From Vitrella brassicaformis CCMP3155 (lineage: Eukaryota; Protista; Chromerida): a stretch of 64,000 nt of DNA. The stretch is from positions 1-64,000 of the forward strand of contig CDMY01000466.1 in NCBI GenBank assembly GCA_001179505.1, in the 5' to 3' direction. The notes beneath the pieces were generated by a model. The model was not told where the DNA came from and made no database searches. It worked only from the letters and a program-made list of their open reading frames with translations. The translations under genes were made by a program, and so were the position numbers. Of this stretch, positions 45,004 through 58,188 are shown in pieces; position 1 is the stretch's first letter, and each line of letters starts with the position of its first letter.

Positions 45004-47389
45004 ATGCCACTCAGGCCGAGTGCGAGAGAGTCGCAGCCCGTTAGTGCGGCAGCAGTTCAGCAGTTCTATGAGCACATCCTCCGTCTGGCGGCGGCAGGCT
45101 GGCTGGGAGGATCCAGCAGCCAGACTGTGAGGGTATCCAGCGTCAAGGAGCTGTGCAGAGAGAGCGACAAGACCGCTCATGAGGAGCTGGCGAAGCGTCG
45201 CAGAGGGCCTGTCGCCTACGCCTGCGTTTCTCTTGGCGGAGATGGCACAAACGAGGGGAGAGCGGATCTGGAAGGGACACCATCAACATCTGAGTTGGTC
45301 GGCTGTGAGTGGGCAATGCTGCCCCTCAAGTGCTCATGGATGGCTGATGCCATGCGCAACGGTCGGTACACACTGCAGCTCAGCGGCAAGGAGTCAAGGA
45401 AATGTGCTGCATTGATGGCCTTCTCTTCATCTCAGGCGAAAAGCTGCGAGTCCTCGTGGGAAGATTGGCTCTCGGCCGATACCTGTCACACACGCCATCA
45501 CAAACCTTGCCGGATGCCGTGCCTTACGGATACTCGAGCGTTGTTCGGGGCCTGCCGTCTCGCCCGCCACAGGCACAGGCCGGCAGTGATGAGTGGGCTG
45601 CAGCCACCGTGCGAGTGAGTGACGCTGAGCAGATTCTCCCTGTGGTACGGGTAGAGGCCGAGGCGGCGCCAAAGAAAGAGAGAGAGCCGGACGAGGTGAG
45701 CGGAGATAGATACGCAAGCGAATCGAGTCTTCTTTCCTGCATCGGCCTGCCTGCCTGTCTGCCTGGATTGTGTCAGCTGCTGTGTGACGAGTGCGAGAGG
45801 GAGATTGCCACCGTCTACTGCCCTGCCGACAGAGCACACCTATGTCGTTCGTGTGATGTGGCGGTGCATGAGGGGCCGTCAGCCAACCCGCTGATGAGGA
45901 AGCACAGGAGATACCCTGTCTCTGAGGTGCACTCATACACAGTCGATGAGACAGACAGACAGACAAGTAGGCAGGCAGGCAGGCAGACAGGCCATATCAA
46001 ATGTCGATTGGTGTGGGTGTTGTGTGCGAGTTTTTCATTCAGTCTCCGCGTCAGTTTGGCCGGTGTCCGCAGCATCCGTCAGAATATCTAGAGTGGGTGT
46101 GCCTTAAAGTGAGTGACGGCGGATGGGCCGATGGCTGGGTGAGCGGATGCACCCATGCTCTGTGTGGCTGTTGCTGCTACCTCGAGCAGTGCTGGGTTGC
46201 CTTTTGTCCGCTATGCCTTCTCTTCGGGAGTCATTCAGACGTCGCAAGTGACCGTGAGACAGACAACAGTCGATCAGACCATCAGCTGGCATCCACGTTG
46301 TCTGCGCCTGTGCGTCATGCAGCCGAGTTCAAGATGCAGCACCCCCTCATATCGACGCAGGAGGCATACAGAGCCGCTCTCAAGAGGCAGTCACCTGTGA
46401 GTGTGCATCGCAACACCTCAGCAGCTGGTGGTCCATCTGTGTGTCTTGTGTTTCCCTCCAGAGTGAGAAGAAGCTGGCTGAGCGTCGCAGCGCTCTCCTG
46501 CGCGACCTCGACAGAAGAAAAACGTCAGCAATTCGACACACTTCCCGACCTCGGCTGAGAGTCGTGTCTCTCTCCGTTTCTGCAGCGAGTTGTATGACGT
46601 GCACGCCAACCTGGACTTGTTGCACACGCGGCTCAGCCGAGCACTCAAGTATGCCAGACGATGAAGAAGACAGCTAGATGGACACATGTGTAGTCATGAC
46701 ATGTGTGCATCTGTGCGTGGCTGGCTGCAGGCATCTGCTCGACCACATCCAGAAGTTCAAGAGATGCAAGGTACACACGCGAGGGAGGGGGAGAGGGAGA
46801 CAGGAAGAAAGAGACGAGACAGCACAGCCCTTTTGCACCGTGTTGTGTGTCAGTTGGCGTTTCTGGAGTCGATGAAGAGGCAGGTGCTCGCAGAGCTGCT
46901 CATGATGGAATGGATTGAGGTGAGGAGAATGAAGACACGAGCTCAAACACGCACGCACGCACGAACGAGTGTGATTCGATGCTCTGTGTGTAGGACTTCT
47001 CCCGACACGCGCGACTAGCTCTGCCCCCCGACACATTCCTTCAGTGCCATCCAAGGACCCTCACACTGGTGGCGAGAGAGAAGGAGTCAGACAAACAAAC
47101 GAACGAACAGCCAGGCACCCACATCTGCTCATTGCCGTGACTGCAGGTCGACTGGCTCTTCGGCGACAGACCTCTGCTGCAGATTGACGAGAGCCACCAG
47201 CCCCGATGGCTGTGCACGCCGCTGACCGTCCGTGGTACCATCAAAGTCACCTCATCTATCACCAAGCCGCTGGCACCCGGGGAGAGGGTGCATGCGCCTG
47301 GTCAGCGGCCGGCGTCGCCCTACCCCTTGGTGCCCATCTATGGCGACAATATGGACGAAGAGTATTTCAGGATGCAGAGAAGATGCTGA
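45004..47389 (+). CDS. Tandem B-box zinc-finger / coiled-coil protein with an N-terminal ADP-ribosyltransferase (PARP)-like segment
   Basis: B-box1 LCDECEREIATVYCPADRAHLCRSCDVAVH...MRKHRR. B-box2 CPQHPSEYLEWVCLK|CWVAFCPLC...H. N-terminal RVLVGRLALGRY..PYGYSSV..DEW...|ILPVVRV resembles PARP-catalytic-fold strands. TGA at 47387-47389. Confidence 0.78.
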
Positions 47390-47613
47390 CGGACTGTGTG
47401 TGTGTTGTGTGTTGTGCGTTGTGTGTGTTGTGTGTTGTGCGTTGTGCGTTGCGCGCAAGGGCTTGCGTACGCGACTAAGAAGCAAGGACAATTCAGGCAG
47501 ACGCAGTGTGTATTTATGCATGCATAAGGGTCTGCACGGACATTCACGCACCCAGACACCTCCGCACAGTCTACGCTTACCCTCCCCCCTCCCTGCCCAC
47601 CCCACAGACTCAC

Positions 47614-48514
47614 TCACTGCCGCACCACCACCCTTCGGTACTTGGCAAGGAATCCGGGCATGATGGTGTGCCATTCGGCCTGCACGGCCTGCACCAAGCA
47701 GCGGCCGTCATACCAGCCCTGCTGCACCAGGTAGGCCTCCACCAACTCAAACGCACCGAAGATCTTGTCCAATGTGGTCGGCCTGGGCCGGGTGTCCGTC
47801 ATGGATGAGGTGGGCGATGCGTCACCGGCATCGTCGTCAGGCGGTGATGGGGTGTCGGGCGGCTTGTACACGTTGGGCAGGCCCGCCTTGAAGTTGAAAT
47901 ACGCTGCAACAGCGAAGGCACAGGAGATGAGCCAGCGGCGTCCCTTCCCTCCCCTCCCTCCCCTCCCCTCCCCCTCTCTCTCACCCTGTCGTTTGTCCTC
48001 TTTGACGAATGTGAGCCATCCGATAATATTCTCAAACACTCCCTCTATGTCCTGCATGACAGACAGACAGAAGAATGCATCCACACATGCCGTACAGAAA
48101 CACAGACACACAGACACTGTCTGTCGAGGGTACCTCTTGTGTCATGGTCGTGAGCTCCTCCAGGCCCGGCACACGCAGCGGGGCGTCGAATCTGCCCTGC
48201 CACGCCGTGTGGACCTTCTTCCAGCGATTGGCGTCACGAGTGGCCGCCAGCTTCTCAGCTATGTTGATGCCGTCCTCATCATCCTCGCTCTCGTCACCAA
48301 CACCGTCAGCCAACCGCACATCTACCGACACGTCCTCTCCTGTCAGCGGGCGGAGGGACGCACTGGCCGATGGAAGCACCGGGGGGCGTGTCACCGCAGC
48401 ACCGGACGCATCAGGCATCGCCTCGGCAGCCGAAGCGGCCATCTCTACGTCAACTCCGCTTGGATCTCGGTCTTCCAAACCGATGGCGTCGTCATGAAGG
48501 CTCTCTCCATCCAT
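47614..48514 (-). CDS. Hypothetical protein with an acidic N-terminal region (3 exons)
   Basis: MDGESLHDDAIGLED... ORF, with exons DIEGVFENIIGWLTF and AYFNFKAGLPNVYKPP...YRRVVVRQ* flanked by GT-AG sites. I recognise no family. Confidence 0.55.
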
Positions 48515-48687
48515 TCTAAAGGCTTCTTCGCTACGATATCTCTGTGCCGGCCGGGAATCCTGGCCTGATCGCGGCCAGGATGAGATCTGGAAGCGCGCCG
48601 GCCTCAGATCTGATGGATTGGAGGGTATGGAGGGCCTGTCGCTATCGTGGGGTGACCCAAACCAGCTGAATCAAAGCTGAATTATCG

Positions 48688-49407
48688 ATGGCTTCGGCTC
48701 CCATCTTCGTGTAAGGGGTGCCAGCACGACTGAAAGCGTCTTAACAGACTGCCTGCTGCTTGTGTGCTGTGTTTGCAGGTACGGCTCCTTGATGGCGGAC
48801 GAGGTGAGTGGACAGCAAACACACACTTCACGACTTCTGCGCATCAGCTGCCACTCTGTGTGTGTGTGTGTGTTCTGCTCATCGTCAGGTGCTGACGACC
48901 CTCCTATCACGCATCCCCGAGTCACGAGCAGCCTCTGTGAGAGGCTTCCAACGCCTGTTCGTCAAGGGTCAGACTTTTCCCGCCATCATGAGGGCCGACG
49001 CGTCTACACCCGCCACTACAGCTGCACCGCCAATCGTGAGAGGTCGGCTGCTGCTTGATGTGACCGACGTGGAGCGTCAGATCCTGGATGCCTTTGAAGA
49101 TGATGGATACGAGGTTGAGGAGGTCATGGTGGAGTACGACGATGGCGCATTCGACTGGAGGGCAGTGGACGAAACACAGCCAGCAGATTCTGAGGGGTCG
49201 TCGTCCGATGCTGTCGCCGCCTCGTCGCCGCATCAGCATCAGCATCAGCATCAGCAGCACCACATGCTGGCAGTGGCGTACGTGTGGCCTCAGCAACTGG
49301 CGCACCAGTTGGATGACGTGCGCTGGAGCTATCGGCAGTTTCGGCAGATGCACCTTGAGAGGTTCGTCAGGATGGCCGGCGACTGGAGGAAACAGCTGCA
49401 GCTCTGA
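48688..49407 (+). CDS. AIG2-like gamma-glutamylcyclotransferase family protein (3 exons)
   Basis: Spliced MASAPIFV|YGSLMADE|VLTTLLSRIP...GFQRLFVKGQTFPAI...VERQILDAFEDDGY matches the GGCT/AIG2 'FVYGSLM' start and the 'LD.FE' catalytic Glu region. Confidence 0.85.
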
Positions 49408-50119
49408 CGCCTTGATGCGATAAACGAGAGCGGCATTGTTGCCCGCGCAGTTGCTTCTGACTGATGCACTGCTACTGACAATGACGGGACTGCTACTGAC
49501 AATGACGGGGTAGCCGTGGCACGTGATGGTGGTGGTGATGTGTGAGGGTGAGGGTGAGTGTGGGTGGGCTTGCTGCCAAAGGAGTGGGTGGCATGTATGT
49601 TGCGTTTAGTACCAAGGAGATTGGCTACATAGAGAGCGTCAGTGTGGACGCATCCCATCGCTGGCTTGTATGCATCAACCGACCCTGACACGTATGGTCC
49701 TGCAATCCAGGACTGACTGAACATCTGTAGGTGTCAGCGTGTGTGGGTGATCCACATACACACAAAGATGGGTCATCAGTCAGTCAGCGGTGTTGTAGAT
49801 TGCGTCATTCGTGTGATCAGAGCTATGGACAAAGCAGCCAGCCAGCCAGCCAGGCAGGGAAAGTAAGTCTGTACACATCGACCGGCCGACCGACCATATC
49901 CACCCACGCCTCTCTCTCACTCTGTCAGTCAGTCCGCCAGTCAGTCAGTCAGTCACATCTATGCTATGCACACACAGCTGCCACCCACCCACCACACCCG
50001 CCCCCCAATATGAATGGCTCGTCTATCGGCATGTCACTCATCCAACAGCCACCATCACCTCCTCTCGTGCGTCGTAGCACCAGACAAGTCGCTCGCAATC
50101 TATCAATATGGCCCCGCAC

Positions 50120-53100
50120 TCACAGGTAGACATGTCGTGTGTCCGTGATAGCCTGTCGGCACCGGCGGCACAGCCGTTGGGCCACTGGCTTAGACATCAA
50201 GGCCGCAGCACATGCACCGCACAAACAGAAGTGACGCTGTAGACACATACACATACACACACACCCACGTGTGGGCAGCGCATAGCTGAGAGGGACAGGT
50301 GAGTCGTTGTGCCTGTCGGCTTACACATGGGATGAGTACGATGGACTTCTTTGAGGCCATGCAGATGTCACACTCAGTGCTCTCCTCTAGCCTGTGTGCA
50401 GCAAACAAGACAGACGACCAGCCACGGCCAGCCAAGGGAGAGAGACGGGCGGCCGCCCATTGTGTGTGTTGGCTAGAGTTGCTAAGATTACCTGTCCTTC
50501 TCGCGTTTGATGTCTTCCTTCTCCTTGAGTATGGCCTCCCTCTCCAGCCGCATGGCCTCGAGCTGCTGGCGCATCAACTCCAACTCACTAACCTCCCCAT
50601 CACACCTGCAGCCAACCACACACACAGGCACAGTGACTGTTGTCTGTCCGTCTCGCTTCTTCGGCTGCTCTGTCCGTCAAAGCGTACCTGTCCTGACTAC
50701 TGCGGCCCCCGGCTGCCAAGGGGGCGAGGCCCTGCTCGTCACAGCCAGCACGGCTAGTGGATGGTGCTGGTGTGGGTGTGGGTGTGTGTCGGTTGGGAGG
50801 CTGTGGGGGCGGGGCGGCCGGGCGGGGCGGCAGAGGGAAGGGCAGGGCTGGCGCGTTGTGGGGGCCGCCAGACACTGACGAGTGCGATGAAGAGGGCCGC
50901 GTCGACTCGGACGAAGACGAAGACGGGAAGACTCTCGAGCTGAACACACAGGCACACCGGAGATGTCAGTGCTGAGTGTGGTGGATCCCTTTGGTGGGTC
51001 TCACTTGTCATCTCGTTTGTCAGCCGTGTTGGTCTGCTGCTGCAGTGCATTGCCGCCAGTGCCTTTGCCGCCCCTCTTCTTGCGGCCGACGGTGATGAAG
51101 CCGCCGCCATCATCGCCACCACCACCCGCTCCTTGCTGCTGCTGCCCCCTGCCGCCACCCATCGAGCCAGAGATGGCCGACGGCACCGATGCAGACGACG
51201 ATGAGTATGAGCATGAGGGTCGGGGAGGGGAGGGGGGCGACGGGCTGGGGGGACCTGGAAAGCCACGAAAATCTTCTGTGTCCTCCTCGTGCTCCTGGGT
51301 CACGGGCTCCACGTCTATGTTGTCAGCGCCAACACTGCGTGCAGACCGACAGACACACACCGTCTGCATGACAGCTTTCGCCCGTCTGTCCATCTCAGTC
51401 ACCTGGATGATGATGCCATTTCGTTGTTGTCGGTCGTCTTGGTGCTGTTGGCCCCCCTGCCGCCCCTCTTGCCCTTCGATCGCCTCTTGTCGGCCCTACT
51501 GCCGCTGCCGCTGGTGCTGATGTTGGTGTTCTTCTGGCCCTCATCTATGTGGTCATCTGCCAACTCGGCCGCTAGATTCGCCTCGGCCCGCTCGTTGGCC
51601 GCCTTGTCTATCTCGTCAAATAACTCCACCAACTGACACACAACATACAGTTAATGTGCCCCGTTACCATCAATCTGTGTGTCAGGTCATGTATGTCGCC
51701 TACCTCCTTGGGCACTGTCAAATGCTGCTGGTGTCCCTTGCGTCTCCCCGGCTGTCTGCCGGCCGCGCGCATCGTCTTGACCGAGTCGTGCTGCAGGATG
51801 GCCTGGGTGACGCTGTTGGGACGGAACGTGCCCCCTCGGCTGCTCACGCGATCGCCATAGCTGCACTCAGGAACACACAGAACACGGACAGCACTGTGAC
51901 TGACGTGCGAGAGAGGAAGCGCGTGATGGAAGCAGACGCGCATGTGTGTATGCCGACCTAACAAGAGCTTTCAGCAAGCCGATGGCGACGTATACGAAGG
52001 CTTCCACATAGTCCTGACGGATCTGGCGCTTAAGGAGCTCGAGCAGCATCTGACACATGGCTGCTGGGAGTCCCTCGCACACAGCAATCTGCATCCATTC
52101 ATCAGCAGCCACATAAGCAAAATGCGTCACCACCCATCCTGCCTGTCTGCCTGCCTGCCTGTCTGACTGACTGACTGACTGACCTTGGCGCGATCGCCAG
52201 TGAGGTCTGTGTCCGACCCTACGATGAAGGGCAGGTTGTATGCACAGAAGAGCAAATTCTCGTCCGCTATCTTGCTGATGGGTTTGCCGAAGTCCGACAC
52301 GATCGAGATGCATCGAGACCGGTACACCTCACTGCGATGCCCACACACTACGTTCACATACACGCAAAGACGCGCATACAGAGGCACTGCAGTCCATGTC
52401 TTGTTTCTGGCCCGTGCCCCACCCATTTCTCTCACCGGCCAACATAAGTGGGATGATAAGGGCCACCTTATTGCTGCCCATGGCTTTCGTGGCTGTGGCT
52501 GCGAAGGCCTCCAACGCCCCGGGCGATCGAACAAGACGCTGAACAGGCCCGTCAGCAAGACAGGCAAAGTAATCCACATCTGCAACCACAAACCGACACA
52601 AAAGGCATCAAGCCATGGAGACAGAAAGACGCAAAGAAGAAGGATCTGTCCCACCTATGACTTTGACGAAATCGTGGCAGAGCCAGAAGATGCTTGAGAT
52701 CTTCCGGGCGGCAGCAAAGCGCACTGACTCGTCCGCGTCGGAGGTCAGCGTGGCGGCAAATGTGTCAACGTAGGGGTAGACGTCCTTCTGCAGCGCCTCC
52801 AGACACTCAGCACGCTCCGCATAAGACCCTGAACAAGACGGCCGGACACCGACCATATTCAGGTTGTGTGTCCCGACCGACCTACCTACCTGTCTCAAAC
52901 ACAAATTTCATGTGTGTGCTGATGAGGTCCCTGACGCCCCAACACCTGAGGAAGAACAAGAACCAACGACAACAGGGAGGGACATTATTACGGAGGGCCC
53001 TCTTGGACCGGCCGGCTGGCACTCACATTTTCTCCCCCGGGCGTGTCTGACACTTGATCAGCACATGCCAGAGCCCAACCCACAGGAAGGTCGGCATGGG

Positions 53101-53712
53101 TGTCGGGGGGAAGGGCGGGACACCCTCATGGACCGACGCCTCTGACTCATACGCAGCAGCGAGGAACTCGAGTGCGGCGGCGGCCATTCCGGGGCCCTCC
53201 TCCTCTGCGATCTTGTCCGCGAACTCGAGGGACCGCTTGAGTACGGCGGGGTGATGCTGCAGCAGATAGCCGCGGGAGTCGGCCACGTTGCCCTCCCGCC
53301 GGCCATTCTTCATCGCGCTGGCCATCAGGTTGAAGGCCATCCCCTCGAGCGGCCAACTCGCAGGCAGCGGCAGCGGGATCATGTCTGCAAGGGCACGGAT
53401 GAATGGCCGTAGCCCAATGACCGGGATGAGCAAAGAGGCGACATGGTAACCTCCAGTAGAGTGCCACTGACAAATGCCGCCCAGCACGGTTCCCGCCAGT
53501 GCCTGGCGTCCCGGGTTGCTGCCGTCAATGAAGGCTCCAAACACACGCCGCAGCAGATGCTGGTCAGAAAGCTCCCTCTGCCCGTTCAGGGCATACTTGG
53601 CGACCGCTCTGAGGCTGTTGTCGAGGGCATCCTCTGACAGCTCGCCTGCCGTTGAGAGGAGAGCGATTGCCTCATCGGCGTCGGAGGGACGAGAGGAGCC
53701 CGTGCGAGTCAT
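50120..53712 (-). CDS. Helical-repeat / coiled-coil / C3HC4 RING protein (paralog 2 of 2693-6402)
   Basis: MTRTGSSRPSDADEAIALL... with the same exon plan as paralog 1. RING CDICMASKKSIVLIPC|RHFCLCGAC...CRRCR. TGA at 50122-50120. Confidence 0.8.
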
Positions 53713-53994
53713 CGCTGTAAGGGAGATGCCGGGGGTACCAGATCACCCGACAGCATATAGAGCAGCCGAAACCCAGATGGATGAATGTACGAGCACCTGC
53801 ACGAGCAAAGACCACGCACCAGTGACGCTGGGCCGCTCATGATGCATTTTCTTCCTTTTTAGCTTCTCCCACCTTCATGTCGGGTGCCGTGCAACGTCAG
53901 GCCCGTGATCTGTTCACTACAAAAGGAGATCCTTCCGCGAGCCGCAATGCGATCGGAAACGTAAATTACGGGGAGCGCCATCCAACGACACAAA

Positions 53995-56900
53995 ATGGCG
54001 GATAGGGAGGAGGAGGGTGTTTTCAGGACGCCCGAGAAGAAGGAGGGGTCTGCCGAGAGGAGAAACAGACCTCCCAGACCACCTGCATCAGTGGGCTCAT
54101 CCCTCAACCACAACCAGGGGTCAGCACACCACGACTGCACACACGAGGCCAGAGGCGGCACATACCGACACACCGCACCACAGAAAATCCATATTTGTTG
54201 CGTGTGGTCCATCGGATCACTGTTTGCAGACACCGAGGGCTTCTACCGTTCTCTTATCACCTTCCCAAGGCTGCCAAGGCCAAACAGGACTCGAGCAAGC
54301 CCCCCGGCCGTCCGCTGTCCCCTCCGCGTGTTGCATCTTCGTCTCGTTCAGACAGCCATGCCCCGCTGCTGGCCAAACAGCTGGCTGAGGGGGGGCAGGA
54401 AACAGTGGGCCGTGTGTCGCTGCTGACGTTCCGCTATGAGGGGCTGGCGCGTCAGTGTCAGTCGGCCATCATCTCCCACGGCAGCTCGTTTTCGCATCAC
54501 GGGCTGGGGCGGGATGGCATGGTGACGAGTGCCAGTGGGATCGTCATGTCGGGCGTGGGGGTCAATGCCACGCTTGACGGATTAGTGGGTGCTGACGGGG
54601 AGCAGGCCAATCAGCCAAGAGACCCCGCGGCACACGAAGGTCAGTCAGACGGTCACAAGGGCACGACGCGATGCGGTCTGACACCAATGTGTACATATGC
54701 CTTTGTGTGGTGTGTGGTGTGTGGTGTGGGTACGCCCTCAGATGGTTCAGAGATGCCTAATGTGTTGAGTGTGGAGCCGCCCCGTCCCATCAGCGACCCC
54801 ACATCCAAGCTCAAACCCAAGACAGACCGCCCCCCGCTGCCCAAGAAGCGGCCCATCGACCACACAGATGACCACCCCGCCCCCCTCACACCCAACATCA
54901 ACCCCGCCAGCGAGCGAGACGACGCGCCGTCGTCCGTCGACTCCCCGCTGTGGGAGTTCCTCAAACAGCAGCGCAAAATCGGCGGCGGCGGCGGTGGTGG
55001 TGGTGGAGATCTGAGTGGCCGCTCCAGCAAGCCTGCTGCGGCGATGTCGTTCGCTTCGATGGATGGCGGCACTGCTGCCGCTGCTGCGGCTGCCCCCAAA
55101 TCTGTGGCTGATGTGGGCGTCGGCGTGGGTGTGGGCGTGTTGTCGCCAGCGACCAGCAGTGGCATCTACCAGACCCCCCTGGACATCCCCCGCGCCAGCC
55201 GAGACAGCCGTCTGCCCCCACCCGCTGCTGCAGTTGCCGTGAGTGCAGCTTCCCAGACGGTGCAGGACTGCCAGCACACCGCTACCAACACTGACAGTGC
55301 CGTCGTCGCCAACGCGGGCGTGCAGAGCCGTCCCGCCATGCAGGACTCACACACGAGCCCCGTGGCAGCTCGGCTCACCCGATCTCAGGGCGGCGTCAAC
55401 CTCCGCAGCCCACCAGCACCCACACCCGTGGTCGTCTCGTCCACACAGACCGACTTCCACAACGAGCCACTGCCGCCGGTGCGTTCTCACCAGGTGGTTC
55501 GCAATGAGGTGGAGAGCCAGACAGTGGAGAGAGCGGCGAGCGTGCTGCGACCCATGACGGCTGAGCTGGCCACCAACACCGACCGAGTGGGCCGCGCTGA
55601 GGCGGCGGTGCAGGGTGGCGGCAACGCTGCCTTGGTGGAGAGCAGGGGTGTGGGTGGTGGACGAGCCATGGTGCGGATGGAGGAGGCCGGCACCGGGCGT
55701 GAGGGGGTGCTGATGGTGGAGAGGGGCGTAGGAGGGGGCCGACGGGCGGGGGGAGTGGGTCCCGGGGTGGACTGTGGTGTGGGTGACAACGATGTCTATG
55801 GGGGTGGTGAGAAGAGGGCCGACGCCGACAGTCAAGCGGCGTCCAAGCTCGTGACCAAGAACACCCAGACGACTGCTGTCAGCGCCTTGCTCAGAGAGGA
55901 GGGCAGACACATGGAGACCCAGACCACCAGCACCATCGCACACGCCGCCCACAAGAGGGAGCAGACGGCCAAGGAGACGCAGACGAGCCCCCCCGAGATG
56001 ATCAACAAGAAGCTGCAGGTCAACACCAAGCGGCTCGAGCTTCCTCTCGGCGTGAAGAGCGTCCTTTCAGGACCAGACGCCTCCTTCAAAGTCCGCACCG
56101 TCGAGACACAAACCCCTCCTGCCGGCCCTCTGCTCACCAACCCCACCCCCACACCCATCCGCATGCCGCAATCAGTCCCCGCAATCGCCCCATTCCGCTC
56201 CTTCAAGCCGGGCGCCACCCAATCGTATGCGTCGCCTGTAGCCGCCATCCATCACGGCTCACTGCACGGCGATGCCGAGCCCACAGCCCTCACCACACCG
56301 CAGAATCTCCCCAAGCCATCGAATCTGGCCGACGGAGGAGCGCCCAAGCGCCCCAAGCCGCCACCAAGTGGCGGTGGGAAGGCCAAGGTGGTGCCGGGCG
56401 TGGTGGGTGTGGGTGTGGGTGCTAGTGGCGGTGTTGGTGTTGTTCGCGGGGCGACTTCGTCAGGGGTTGGTAACCGTCATGCGATAGACACGGGCGATAA
56501 TGGGCTTAGTCATGGCCAGGGCCAGGGGCAGCACCCAATACCGTTTCAGCTGAGCCGGGATGGAGTGGAGAGCAAGGTCAGCACACAGAGCCAATACACA
56601 CACATATGGACGCAGAGAGAAAGCTCAATGATCTTGTGGTTGTCTGGTGGTGGGTATTTATCAGGGCGGCTCTCCCCATGTTGTCGGGATATCGCTCGCT
56701 GGCGGCGCTGCAGGTGCAGGTGGTGGTGGTGGTAGTGGTGCTGTGTCGTCACGCAATCGGGCCCTCTCTGCCGATGTCAATCAAGATGCCCTCGTGTCGC
56801 CCGACGCAAACAGTGTCCGAACGGTATGCACAGAGACATCACAACCAAACAGGGGCCAGGCAGGCCATTGGTGCATTGGTGTCCGTGTGCGTGCGTGTCC

Positions 56901-58147
56901 ATGTGTATGTCTCAGGCGATCCACCGTGAGAGCAACACGTCCACCCGCACTGTGATCCGCCGCAAAGAGCTGACCGACAAGCCCCCCACACCCCAGCTGG
57001 CAGACAAGACCCCCACAGCCCCCAGACACCCCCACCACCACCAGCAGCAGCAGCAGCAGCAGCTCAGCCCCCTGCCAGCACTCACCGACTCCCCATTCCT
57101 CCCCCACTCGCTCATCAACAACCGATCAGCATCGGCAGCGGCCGCGGGATCCGGTGGCCATCCAGAGGACAGCAGTGGTCGTTCGAGCAACATGGCCCCG
57201 TCATCCTACGACCCCCCTGGCGACAGCAATGAGAGCAGCGGCAGCAGGCTGGGGGCGGGCAGGCTGAGGTCGCTGGCAGAGGTGACCGACAACGAGAGCG
57301 ACCACCGGCAGCCAGCTGGGACGCCACTCGGACACGACACACAGCGGGGAACGCCGAACGCACCCATGTTTGTGCGGCGGCTGAATAAGGCCGGGGGCGG
57401 TATCGATGCTGGTGGTGCTGTAGAGAGGGCTGATGGGGTGGCGAGAAGGGGTCTTGGTGGTGGTGGTGCTGGTGTTGGGGGTGGCGTGAGAGATAGTGGG
57501 AGGGAGTTAGTAGAGGTGTGGACTGAGGAGAAATACGCTGACCTCGTCATGCGGTCCGCGCAGCAGGTCGGTTCAGAATGGGGGTTACGAAAGGGAGACA
57601 CAGGAGAGCTACAAGTGTAAGTGTGTGTGCGTGTGCGCGTGTGTGCGTCTTAGGCTGAGGATGCCAAGAAGATGGTTTTGCAGATGGAGGATCGGTCAAC
57701 ACACACACACACACACATCCTCCCACACATGCACTCTTCATCTGCATTCCCTGTTGCTGTGTGTGTGGTGGTCGAGCAGGTTGATGCGTCGCTGCCGTGA
57801 CATTCCGTCCATCGAGAACCCCCCGGCCGTTCCCCGACTCGACACGTTCCCACCACTATTCAACATCAACCTGCAAAACGGTACACACACACACACACAC
57901 ACGTGCCCACCTTCACACCGCCCATTGGCATATTCCCTTGAGCATGTGTGCAGCTGTGACCACCTTCATGGACTCCACCAGCAACAGCGAGGGGGGCGGT
58001 GGTCGTGATGGGGCGGCATCAGGTGCTGTTGCTGCTGCTGCCACGGGGGCCGCACCCCAGTCGGCGATCGTGCCGTCGGTGAGTCCTCCGCCGCCATCTC
58101 GCCCACCAGGTCCACCCATCGTACCGCAATATGCTATAAACCAACAG

Positions 58148-58188
<41 letters not shown>

